In this document: positions 23,297 to 34,861 of the stretch, in pieces
How positions within the stretch are numbered: position 1 is the stretch's first letter
Layout: each line of letters begins with the position of its first letter
DNA from: Balamuthia mandrillaris
Taxonomy: Eukaryota
DNA: 64,000 nucleotides
Direction of reading: 5' to 3'
Assembly (NCBI GenBank): GCA_031835245.2
Contig: JAVKOQ020000054.1
Location: forward strand, 62,001-126,000
The notes under the pieces: model-generated
The model's database searches: none
Told to the model about the DNA's origin: nothing
The model's input: only the letters and a program-made list of their open reading frames with translations
Position numbers and translations under genes: made by a program

Positions 23297-23859
23297 TTTG
23301 TTTATTTTTTTTTTGTTGTTGTTGTTCCGGGTCGGGCAAAAAATAAACAAATATAGGAGAAACTCAGCTAAATAAATAAATAATAAATAAATAAAATAGG
23401 GTGCGAGCGAGAGAGCGAGAGGCGCTAAAAGAAGAGCCAAAGAGAGAGAGAGAGAGAGAGAGAGAAGGCGCGGTTGGCGAAAAGGGCTTTCTTTCTTCTT
23501 TCTTTCCTTTTTTTGTTTGGCGGTCGCTTTTCTTGCGACCCCTCAGGGAAGCGGATTATTTTTTTTCTTGGAATGCCCATGCTTCACAATTCCTGCTCCA
23601 TTGCTGCAGCATGTGGATGACATCATACCGTCTCGAAAAAAGAGATAATGATGTCATATGCACCGATCGAGGGAGATTAATAAGAAAATCCATGGAAAAT
23701 CTGAAGAAAAAATCGGTTAATAAGAGCACGTGGGTCTCATTCATTTCCTCTCCTGAACAGGCGGCAAAAGAAGTTTCTCTCCATCTTGTTTTAAAGGGAG
23801 TGCTGATACGTTCGACTCACTTTATTTTTTTTGGTGCCTAACGCCTTTAAAAAAAACCA

Positions 23860-26653
23860 ATGAAGCAGCCCTCCTCCAGCAATGCCGAATTCGACCGCCT
23901 TGCCGAGTTTCTTTTGGAGGACGGCAGCAGCACCTCGCTCTCTTCAGGCCCGGCCGCCTCCCCCGCTTTCCTTACGACACGCTCCGCGCTGAGCTTGATG
24001 GAGCTGTGGAGCTGTTCTCCTCCGGAGGCTCCCCTCGCCTTCCTCCGTTTTCACCATCGTCACGGCCAATCTACCGCCCTGGTCACGGCCGTCGTTCGCA
24101 ACGAGGTGGCCAACCTGCAGTCCACCAACTTGCTGCTGAGGGAGTCGAGCATTGGGAGCGTCCTGTTGGCCCACTTGATGGAACTGGAGGCCGAGGATTA
24201 CCTGAACGCAACGCTGGGGCCGTTTGTCAAGGAAGTCATACGTGAGAAGAAAGGGTTTGAGGTAAGTTGTGACGAGTCATCCACTCCTTCCTTGTTTTTC
24301 TTCATGTCTTCTTTTGCTTCTTCTTCTTTCTCTTTGTCTTCCTCGCTTCCTCCTCTTCCTCCTCTTCTTTCTTGCTTCTTGCTGTTTTCTTCATTCTTCG
24401 TCTTCGGTTCTTTCCTTCGTTCCTTCCTTTGGTCTCTGTTGAAGCGCCTTCCAATTTGACCCATAGGTTGAAAGCTTTTGGGAAGAAGATGAAGAAGCAC
24501 GCCAGCAGAACGTGGAGAAGCTCAAAGACATGTGCCAGCTATTTCTGGATACGTTCGAAAAGTCAATCCCTCAGTTCCCCAAGTACGTTTATCGTTTACT
24601 CATTATCAGTACGTATCCCTTACCCGTCTCCGTCCTGCAAAATAGCCCACTGCGTGCCGTGTTGCGAGAGGTGGCCACAGCTACGGCGCAAAGATTCCCT
24701 GACATGCCTAAAGAAGAGGTTATGAGGTGCACCGTGGCCTCAATTGTGTTTCTTCGTTTCGTTTGCCCTGGTACGCACTCTTATTCGTCGCTTCTCTATT
24801 TCTATATTTTTGTTGTCCTTGCGCTCATTTTTTCTTCGAATGAAATGCAGGTCTGGTGGCGTATAAGATAAAAGGAAGTGAGGTTTTGCCGAAGGCAAGG
24901 GGCCTCGTTCTTATTTCTAAAGTTATGCTGACATTAGCTTCCGGACAAGAATTCACAAAGAAGGACTGGCTTCCACTAAACAGCTTTATCAAAGAAAACC
25001 AAAGACGAATGCTTCAACTCTGCGAAAGTCTCATCGTTAGCCTCTCTCTCTCGTTCTCCTCTCTCTCTCTCTCTCTCTCCAGTTATTTCAACACGTTATT
25101 ATAAAACGACTTGTCTGTAACAAAAACCAAACATACACAGAAAGTTGAAGGAGAAGAAATTACAGCGCCACGAGAAGAACAAAGAAGAAGCATCCGAACG
25201 GGCTTTTTTGGCAGCCCACGTGGCCGGAGCTCTGGCGAAATCGACTTTCCGGTAGATGAAGAGAAGGAACTGGCCACCATATTTGATTTCTTTGTACAGC
25301 ATGAATCAAAGATGAAAGACGCTCTTCGAACTCAAACATTCACCCAAAAGAAGGCGACTCCAAGGTTGAACACAAAGGAGGATCCATGGATTGACTCATT
25401 CATGAAATGTAAGTCCTTTCTTCTTCCATATTCTTGCTTTTTATACCTATTCAGATGGAACAAACGTGTTATAGGTTGGATAGCCGACGACTTTATTAAG
25501 TTTGATGCAGAGTTAATGGAGTACGTGGACAACGGTGATCCAAACTTTAGCAAGGTTCCAGTTCCAGAGGCCCCATCTTCTCCAAAAGAAAAGGAAAGGT
25601 GTTGTTCTGCTGAAGAAACGACAGTTTTGAAAGGTGAAGCAGTGGTCATCGACGCTGAACCTCTAACTGAGGCAGAGGAGGAATTTGTGCAACAAAAGTT
25701 CGAACAATTGATAAAGGTATTAAAGGAGACTTCTGAAGCTTTGAAGAGACAAGACAGCGGGTACGTTACCGCTTTTTTCCATGTACCTTTATTTAAATTG
25801 TTTTGTTTGTTTCTTTAGTTCATTGACTTCTCACGTAAGTGGACAACTGAAACTAACGACGTTGCTTCGTAGAATTCCTGCCGCTTATGACGCTAACGAG
25901 AATGATAATAAAAGGAAGTCTCCCCGCAGCGCATCATCCTCCTCCTCTGAGGCCTTTCTCCTCGATCTCCTGGCAGCGACATAGACAACACCACTGTTGG
26001 CCTTATTTGTGACCCAGTAGCGTATCAAACCTCGTTGGATTGGTTTGGAGAAGAGAGAAGGCATTATAAATTCTCCATCCTTCTCTACCACAAAGGAATG
26101 TGGTGTCCCTTTTGCAGAGTACGTTTGTAGCTCCTGCCTGCTCTTCTCTCCTCACTTCTCACTCTTTATCGCAGAGTTACATAAAGGTGTGGAATCGTTT
26201 TGTGGAACCCTGCAAAGAAATGGGAGGAGCAATCTTCAGCATGTGCAGCATGTCTCAAGAGGCAGCCTCAAAGGAAGCTCAAGACAACAAAGTATCCATT
26301 CCCAGCGTGGGAGACCCCGGCCTTTCACTTTTCACATTCTACGGCGGAGACTTTTTGAAAGCCAAACAGCTCGGCAGATCGTTCTCCATGTACGTCGAGA
26401 CGAAAGCTTATCCCACCAAAAAGATGGCCAAACCAGCCATCTTCGTCGTAGGCACGGAAGGAGAGGTGCTCTACAGCTGGACACCAGCTCCCAATCGGGG
26501 AAACTTCTTTGGCAATAGGTTTGTTTATCTTGTTTTGCTTGTTGTTAGTATTATTTTTGTTTTCGGTTATATTAATGCGTAGCTTATGTTGCGTGACACA
26601 GAGATAGACCTCATCCGAAGGACATTTTGCGAATGCTGCGAGACAGAGCGTGA
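23860..26653 (+). CDS. RasGAP-domain protein, probably fused to a C-terminal AhpC/TSA peroxiredoxin-like (CPFC) domain
   Basis: RasGAP motifs LLRESSIGS, YLNATLGPFV, VASIVFLRFVCP, LVLISKVM. Downstream exons read ILLYHKGMWCPFCR-SYIKVW...KPAIFVVGTEGEVLYSW..RDRPHPKDILRMLRDRA*. The junction near 25760-25980 is ambiguous. Confidence 0.7.
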
Positions 26654-26965
26654 AAGCCAAAAGGTAATTCCAAAAATCCATACTTGCACTTTTTGTTCTA
26701 CCGTTCCTTTTGCGGTAAGCTAATCATTAAAAGGGGCCTATATGATTGGTGGCTGTAACGTTGTCACCTTTTAATTTTATCATTTACATTTCGGGTATCT
26801 TCTGGGTTGTCTCGCCACCGGAAGTTTTTTTGGTTCGGATAAACTAAAAGTCAATGCGCACCTCCTGTTTCTTACGGGCTGTTCAAACTCCTCTTAACTC
26901 GTTATACAACGCTAACAAAAACAGCAGAGAAGACGCTGAAAAGAATTACTTGTAAGAGTATCAGA

Positions 26966-28441
26966 ATGCAAAGGAACGGGCAGTATTGCTGGTTGTTGGT
27001 AGGCCTTGCTCTGTCCCTCTGTGTGGCTGTTGTGGCTGGCAAACGAGAAGCACCCGCCAGCCAAATCTTTGCCTCTGAAGAAACCGACACCTACGTTCGT
27101 CTCCTGACGGACAACTTCGTGGCAGAGGTCTCCAAGGACTCTCTCACCTACACCCTGTACTTTAGGGAGTCTGTGGGCGGCGAGGTGGACCCGGCCTCCA
27201 CCCCTTGGGCCACCTGGACGTTTGTCTCCATAGAGGAATACGGAAAGAAGGACTGCGACGGCCTCTTTGATTTGCTTGGCTGTGTTGTTGATGCCCTGAC
27301 TGGATTAGTGCGACTGGTGGTCCTCGTTTTGGAGGACGTGATAAGCTTAGTGGTGGAAGACGTGTTAGGAAGCCTAATCACGGTAACACAGAGAATGGAG
27401 AACGCTGAAGGCAAAACCGGAGCCGTCTTCTCCAACGTGAACATCATCAACAATGAGACCCTGGCGAACTATGAGTTTGCTGGAGAGAGCAAGGACATTC
27501 CCTTTGGCTCCTACAAGTTCCAATTCGACATTGACTCTTGGTACTTTCCCCCTATTTTCCTTTTCTCTCTTAGTTCTTAGTACTCTATATTGTTTTGGAG
27601 TTAAAAAAATATTTTGGTTTTGTTTTTTTAACAGGGGAGGCTTTAAAGATAAAGACACAGGCGAGTTACAAGTAACGGCCAAGTTGGAGGTGAGCTCTGA
27701 CCTCACCGTGGACTTCCAAACGAGGGAGTCGGATGACTTTTTGGAAACCATCTTCTTCACCAAAGGGGACTACGTTTGGCAGCTTCGTCTCAACAAGAAG
27801 TTCAAGCACGATGCCGTCTTTACCAAATATCTCAACAGAATCTCTTATACCTCTTTGACAGAGACCAGTTACAACGTCATGTTCGCTTTTCCTCCTTTCC
27901 AAGAGTCTTTGAGGTTTGTTTTCTCCTTGTTCTCCTTTCCTTCGCTTCTCACTTAATAGTTTTTGTCTTTCGCAGTTATGACCCCGATTTCTCTGTGTTG
28001 CTGGGACCTTCGGACGGTGGCGATGGAGATGGAACTATCGACGGATATACTGACGGCTATGGCTACACCGATGAAACCACTGATGGAACATCCGAAGATG
28101 GAACTGCTGAAGATGGAACCGTTGAAGATGGAACTGCTGAAGATGGAACCGTTGAAGATGGAATCGCTGAGGATGGAACTGCTGAGGATGGGGCAACGGA
28201 TGGTACTGCTGATGATGGCATTGAACCTCTTCCCAGTGATGGAGAGACCAATGGTGGCAACCGCAATGACTCCGCGGAGGAGGATAACAGCGGGACCAAC
28301 ATGATGTGGGCCTATATCTTTGGTCCTCTTGGCGTGGTGGCAGTTCTTCTGGTTGGCGGGGTGTCCGCGATGGCCTACTTCCGTTTTCGTCGCTACAGGC
28401 AGTTGAAGAACGAATCTGCCATTCGTGCCGTTGAGTTTTAA
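26966..28441 (+). CDS. Secreted single-pass membrane protein with a YDPDFSVLL motif and an acidic repeat stalk
   Basis: Signal peptide, beta-rich ectodomain (SYKFQFDIDSW, FPPF, YDPDFSVLL), (EDGTA/V)n repeats, TM YIFGPLGVVAVLLVGGVSAMAYF and a basic stop-transfer. Two introns. Confidence 0.8.
28080..28215 (+). repeat. 15-bp coding tandem repeat (DGTxE)
   Basis: GAAGATGGAACTGCT / GAAGATGGAACCGTT units seen directly. Confidence 0.9.
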
Positions 28442-28647
28442 GTTTTTCGACTCCTTTTAAACTTTAAACGTTTTGTCTATGTATCACTTCTCGTCACCAT
28501 CCCTTCACTTCTCTCTCTCTCTGTCCCTCCCTCCTGTAGCTGCTGAAAAGTTTCACAAAAAAGAACAAAAGAGAAACAACCCTAATCGCTTACTTTGTCT
28601 AAATAAATAAATACATAAAAACAAAAAAAAGTACTCTTCCCAACGGA

Positions 28648-30119
28648 CTAAAACATTACAGCTCCTGCCTTGATTCGTGCCGTGCGATTGAGCCGCTGTC
28701 GGTGGCGGTACCGTATGGCGACAAAGGCAGCCACGAAGGCGACGATAGCCAGGATCAGGATGACTGTCGGCACTACGATGTAGATGTAAAGAAGAAACTC
28801 GGATCCTTCCTCTTTGGAGGAATCCCCAGAGGGGTCTTTGCTTTCATCCACCGTTCCAAGCCCATCATTTCCATCTGTTGCCCCATCGGCATCGCTGTCA
28901 TCGCTATCGACATAGCCATCATCACCATCGACAGTACCGTCGACCGTTCCGTCACCATAGCCATCATCACCATCAACGGCACCATCGACGGTTCCATCGA
29001 CAGTTCCGTCAATAACGCCATCCTCGTAGCCGTAACCGTCATAACCGTCGACGGTTCCGTCCTCTCCATCGTCAGGTGGCGGGCTTCCTCCAACCAATAC
29101 AGAATAGTCTGGATCATATCTTTAAACGAAAATAAGTAAAGAGAAAGTAACAATAAACGGAGGAAGGAAGAGGGATAGTTACTCGAATGAATTGTCGAAT
29201 GGCGGAAAGACAAACACTATTTTGTAGACACCGTTTGATACTTGGCTGTAGGTGATGCGCTTCAATGGGATGCCTTGACCGCCGGTGGCAAAGTTCTTGT
29301 TAAATCTCAAGAACCATACCATGCCGTCTTTCTTGAAGGTGACGCCGTCCAATAAGAGGCTGTTCGTAGAAGACACGTTAAACAGCACGGTCAGATCCGA
29401 AGTAACCTCTAACTGAGTAGTAATTCTCAACTCTCCATCCTGCAGGTCCTTAAAGGTTCCCCTATAGAATGTAACGAATTTTAGGAAAAAGAACGGTTGA
29501 TCAGTTTCAAAAACAACAAAAAACAAGGAAAAATGAAGAAAGAAATAAGTACCAGCCAGACATGCCCATTTGGAACTTGAACGAGCCTGCAGGGAACTGC
29601 AATTGCTCGTCAGCAAAGGAAACGTCTCTGTCCAACTTGTTGATGGTGTTCCTGACGATAAACGTGTTGCCTACTCTTCCCCCAACGTTGTTCAACTTTT
29701 GCACCACAGTGATCAACAGCTCTGTTAGGTCAGTCACTAGGTTCACCAACAATTGCAAAACGCCCTCCACCACAAAAAGGAGCTCTCGTAGAATGTTGAG
29801 GTTGAGGACAAGGTCAAGCAAACAATTGGGATTAAGGAGGTCAGCAAGAGTGCATTTTCTGTACTCTTCAAAGCTTTGGTAAGAAAACTTGACACGAGAG
29901 GTGCCTGTGGCCCAATTGCCAGCAGCGTCCTTGAAGTAGGTTTTGTGCACCAGTTGGTTCTTGAGGACGTCCGTAACGAAAGAGTCGGTGTATAGTCGCA
30001 CGTACGAGCCCATGTCTTCTTGCTCAAATATGGTGCTCTCCTCCACAGCTTCGTTGGTGGTGATGGCAAAAAAAAAGCACCAGGAGGGTCAGCCCGAGAA
30101 AAGCGGTATCTCTCCTCAT
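28648..30119 (-). CDS. Paralog of the 26966..28441 surface protein, with an apparent frameshift in the signal-peptide homopolymer
   Basis: Same motifs (YVRLYTDSFV, SFKFQMGMSGW, FPPF, YDPDYSVLV, DGTVDG stalk, TM) and the same two intron positions. The T9 run at 30068-30076 is one base too long to join MRRDTAFLGLTLLVLFF to AITTNEAVEESTIF. Confidence 0.75.
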
Positions 30120-30808
30120 TTGTGTAGGTTTATTGAGAGAACCGGGGCAAGCTGGAAGGGGTGGAGAAAAAAATATATATTTTCCTCCCCTGTCCTGCGT
30201 TGTTCTGTTTGCGGTGTTCACCTCCTTTCTGAAGAACAGAAAAAATAAAAAAAAAAAGGAATGCCGTAGTGGCGTTACCGTAATTATGAATTAATGAAGG
30301 GCAGTGAACGGATTTTACTCCATATCCGGCCGTAGCGACGGGCATTTCCATAGCAACCATCGGTAACCAGGAGAAGCAGATAGCTATCCCTCCTAATCAA
30401 CACCCCTTTTATCTGAAATTTCTGCGTAAAACAGATCTACTAACTCGTAAAATTCCCCCTTTTATTAAGGCGGCGCAAAGATCATAAGATCTAAGGACAA
30501 CGAAAAAAGAAATCACGACATTAGTCTTTTGGGCCAATGAGCATGTTTCCTTACCATAATACTGTAATTTTTTGCCCTCCACCTTAAACCGTTCCGAAAT
30601 CGGACAAAAGAAAAACACAACAAAGATTCCACCAATAAAGCCAACGCAGATCGTCGGTAGCCCAGACACGTCCGGCGGCGAATAGACCACCACTCCAGCC
30701 CACGGTTGCGATGGCAATGAGGGAGTGTTTTTTGTGCTGTGTTTATTTCACAGTTATTCGTACGTGCGATAAATATTCATAGTGGGGAGGTGTTGCAGAG
30801 CTTTTGCT

Positions 30809-31457
30809 TCAAGCAGACCGAGATGTGGAAGAAATAAGTGTGGGAGAGGTTTTGCCGGGGGTCGTTGATTGTTCGTTGGGATAACTATCTTCTGCGTCTT
30901 CCTCATCAGAGGACATCCTCCTCTTCTTTTGTTCTGTTCTGTTCTGATGCGGTTGTTGTTTTGAGTTGCTATTGTCCGTATCATCTTCATGATTGGTAGT
31001 GTCGTTGGTCCTTGCTCTTTTACCGGTTTTCTTTTCTCTTTCTTCTGTCTCGTTCTCTCCTTTGCCTCCATCTTTTACAAACGTGCTGTCATTATCACCA
31101 TCATAATAATCGTTTCCATCTCCGTCAAACGACATCTCTCGTTGGCCTTCTCTCCTCAAGGGTGCATCTTTGCAGTCACTCTTTCCATCTGTGCCTCCTC
31201 CCGTTGATCCTTCTTTGTCACGTTCGAAATGTTCCACCGATACAACTTTGGGTTCTTTTTGAGAATAGTTGCTGGTAGCCACGAAGTTATACTCTTCCAC
31301 GTAGACTACGTCCCAATAGGGCTCTCCAGTCGTTTCATAAAATATTTGGTGCTTGGTCAACGTATCGAATATTATTCCTTCTTTTGTTTGGTGTTGCGCT
31401 CTTAACCTACATTATTTTGTTGTAGTACAGTGTCAAAGAATGGCTCAAAAGAAAGTC

Positions 31458-31497
<40 letters not shown>

Positions 31498-34244
31498 ATG
31501 ACAGTACGTGAAAACAGAACTAGCAGAGTTTAGTGAAGGCTTGGTTAACGGGATACAGGCTTGTTTGTAGAGAGTGTACATATGAGGGGGTATCAACATG
31601 CGCCAAGTTTTTCCAATAAGTTCCTCCTGTTTTCCCGCAGAATAAAAAATAAGTAGGGTCAGCAGAGAAAGAGTGAAAGAGGCAAGAAGAGAGAAAAAGA
31701 AGAACAAGAGCAAAAACAAACCTCCTCGTAGTGATATAGTTTGCAAAAAGCGTCGTTCACGACAGTAATGATGCCCTCCCCGTTAAACTTCTGCATGATA
31801 GCGAATGGCTTTTGTGTGTCAGGGATGGCGATTTGGAGGTGCTGATTGCCGCTGTTAAGGAAAGAGGGAGAAGAAGAAAATGGTGGTGGCGCTGCTAGCG
31901 GAGAATTGAGTCCAATGCGAGCCTTGCCCTTTGCCCTGTAAGTTTAAAATAAGATACTAACGGAGAGTGAGCGAGAACTTGAGAGACGTACACAGCGGAA
32001 GAAAAGCCAGAAAAATGGGCGGACTTGGTAGGACTAGTGCCCATAGCAGTGGCTTTCGCGATGGAACTGCGGTAAGGCATCATAGCCCCCTCTGTGGAGT
32101 GGTCGTAAGTATCTCCGCTGGTGATGGTGAGCGGAGAGGACGGATAGGCAGAGGAGGAAGAGATTGAAGAAGATGGAGTGGGTGGGTAAAATGGTGGAGG
32201 AGAGAACACGAAAGGAGCAGAGCCAGAGAGAGGTGGTGACAAGGGAGCAAGTGAATAGAGCGCTGGAGAACAGGAAGGGGCGTACTCTATGCCTCGTCCT
32301 CCAGTACCACCTCCGCTCCCACCCGTCCCGACCTTACTGCCACCATGTCCCTCTCTGTCCTCCGCTGCGTTGGAGGAGAAAGAGCCGCTTTGCTGGGCAG
32401 GAGGGAGAGCGTAAGGAGGAGCTCCACCGAGCGAGAAAGAGGGAGAGGCAGGTGGGGACATCAATGGAAAATTGGAAGGATAAAAGAAAGGAGAAGAAGG
32501 AGGAGTGAAAGAAGATATATGTCCACTAGGGTTAGGATGGCCGAGGGCTAAGGAAGAAGTTGACGATGAAAAGGAAGAACCAGAAGATGAGGAAGAGCTA
32601 GAAGAAGAAACAGAAGCAGAGGAGGAGGACTCAGAAGCAGATGGAGGAGGACTGGGCGCTACTCCATTCGAAGCGAATGAAGCGGGAGAAAAGGGATATC
32701 CGAATTGAGGATTTGTGAAAGCCGAGGCTCTGAGCTCGTTCATTTCCTTCCGCAAAAGTCTTTGGTCTTCCCGTAGTTCTTCCTGTGACTGATTTAGTCC
32801 TTTGAGCTCTTCCAAAATGGCAAAGAGAATACTCTCCGTTCTTTTATCTTTTGAAAGGTCCGAGGCTGGGTTGGGGGCACCATTCGTAGCGGAGAACCAG
32901 CTTGAGGCAGAGGCAGGAGAGGGTGCAGATGCTGTAGCAGTAGAGGATGAAGAGGCCTCGCCGGACGGAGGAGAGGAGGAATCACCTGAGCCGGAGGCAG
33001 AGGCTGCACTATGCATGTTGCGAAATTGGATGAGAAGAGGAGAGGGAGAGGACGCTGCTGAAGTGGGTTGAGGAGGAAGAGGTTCTCCTTGTTGGCCTGG
33101 TTGCAGGCTGCTTGCGGCCCAACGACGAAGGGGATGTTCTGCTGGTGGTTGGCCGGGTGGACCCGATGGAGGAGCACCGGTATGCGGAGGAGGTCCTGAT
33201 CCTGGTGGCATCATCATCCAACCACCTATTATTTACCCACTGAAATTAACAAGAAGGACAATTGAACAAGAGACGGATAGAGAGAGGAGAGAGAAAGAGA
33301 GAGAAGTACAGGAAAGAAATCAAACCAGAAGGAGGATATCCTTTCACAGGAGAAGGAAAGTTGGCAGTGGCACCAAAACCAGAAGAGGAAGTAGGACCCA
33401 ACACAGAGCCAGTGGAGGCAAACGAAGAGGTCATGGCACCATCCCCGACCGGCGAGGAAGGGAGCATGCCACCGCCAAGCGAGTCGGCGTGAGGAGGTGG
33501 AAAGCGAGATCTGGGCTTGCGGCCTCGTCGCTTGGGCTCAGGGTCTCTGCACTCAGCGGCCTTGCCGTGTGAGACGCACCGCGTGCAAGGACGTTGCGTG
33601 TCGCAGGCAGCATGCGACTTGCGACAGAGCAGGCATGCTCGGGAGACTCTTGGCAGCTTCTTCTTCTTGTTGGAGGAGCCTTCACTGCCCTCGCCACCGC
33701 TGTCGCCTGCTTCCTCCTTTTCGTTGGCGGTGTTGGAACGATTGCTGCTGCTGTGGTTGTTTGTGCTGATGCTGTTGTGATAGTGGCGGTGATAAGTGTC
33801 GCTCTTGCTGTCTAGCATGTGTGTGTGATGGTGACGATAGTTGAGACCGTTGTTGTTGTTGCTGTAGTTATGCTTGCTGTTATGTACAACAGGTGAGAGG
33901 TGAGAGGGGGTAGCAGCAGAGGTCATAGCCGAAGACGAAGGAGAGGTTGGCGGTGAGGTGGAGCTCGAGTATGCAAAACGTCCTACAGCTCGAGAAGGAG
34001 AAGAAGGAGTTGGGCTAGGATGATGAGCATGAAACTGGTGATGGTGGTGCAGCGTGGGAGGTGGTAGAAGGGATCGTCCTGGCTGGGATGAGGCTGACGC
34101 TGAAAGAGAAGGTGAGGGATGCATATGCTCCTGATAAGGAGGATGGTGCGATGGTGCTCCACGCGGAGCGTACGCGTGCGCAGACGAAGATGACGGAGAG
34201 GAGGAAGTGGATGATACAACAGCAGCAGAAGGCGCACTGTTCAT
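30809..34244 (-). CDS. Zn2Cys6 binuclear-cluster transcription factor with a C-terminal PAS-like domain
   Basis: RACLLCRKSHAACDTQRPCTRCVSHGKAAEC, a coiled coil, and PAS-like exons KPFAIMQKF..ITVVNDAFCKLYHY..EELIGKTW. Multi-exon. Confidence 0.85.
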
Positions 34245-34861
34245 TTTTTGTTTCTTCCACGCAGCGAAAAAAAAAAAAAGACTGGCGATGCGAAGGAGGA
34301 GGTTTGATGAAAACGCAAAACCAAACTCTCCCTTTTTTGTTTTTTCCACCCAACGGGGAAGGGAAGGGAGGAGCCAGAGGTTTGGCTCCCAAAAAAAAAA
34401 AAAAAGAAAAGAGGGACAGTCTTTCTCCCCCAAACACACACACACACACACACACAAAAGTGTAGCGAGCGAGCGCCAAAGGCCAGAAGCGCAAGGGGAG
34501 GAGAGAGAGGGGGGCTGGTGGGGGGGAAGGGACCACCAATGGACCGTTTGTCTTCTTTTCTTCCGTTTTAATTTTTTTAGCCAAATTTCTATTTTCTTTT
34601 TTTAGCGCTTCGGAAGATAATGATTTAGCCGTTGTGGGGGGAGGGGGACACGGGGGGTGGGCCCTTCTGTCCAAGCTGGGGGTTGAGAATGCGCCGGGTG
34701 AGCGGGGGAGTCTGGAACGGACGGAAGAACTACAAAATGTATCCGGTATTTTCCATATTTGGGCTTAATTGAGATAATTGGGACAAGAGGCCTGTGTGGA
34801 ATGTTGAATTTATTTTTTTTATACAAAGGGATTGCAGAAGAGAGGGAGGGGGGCACGTCGT

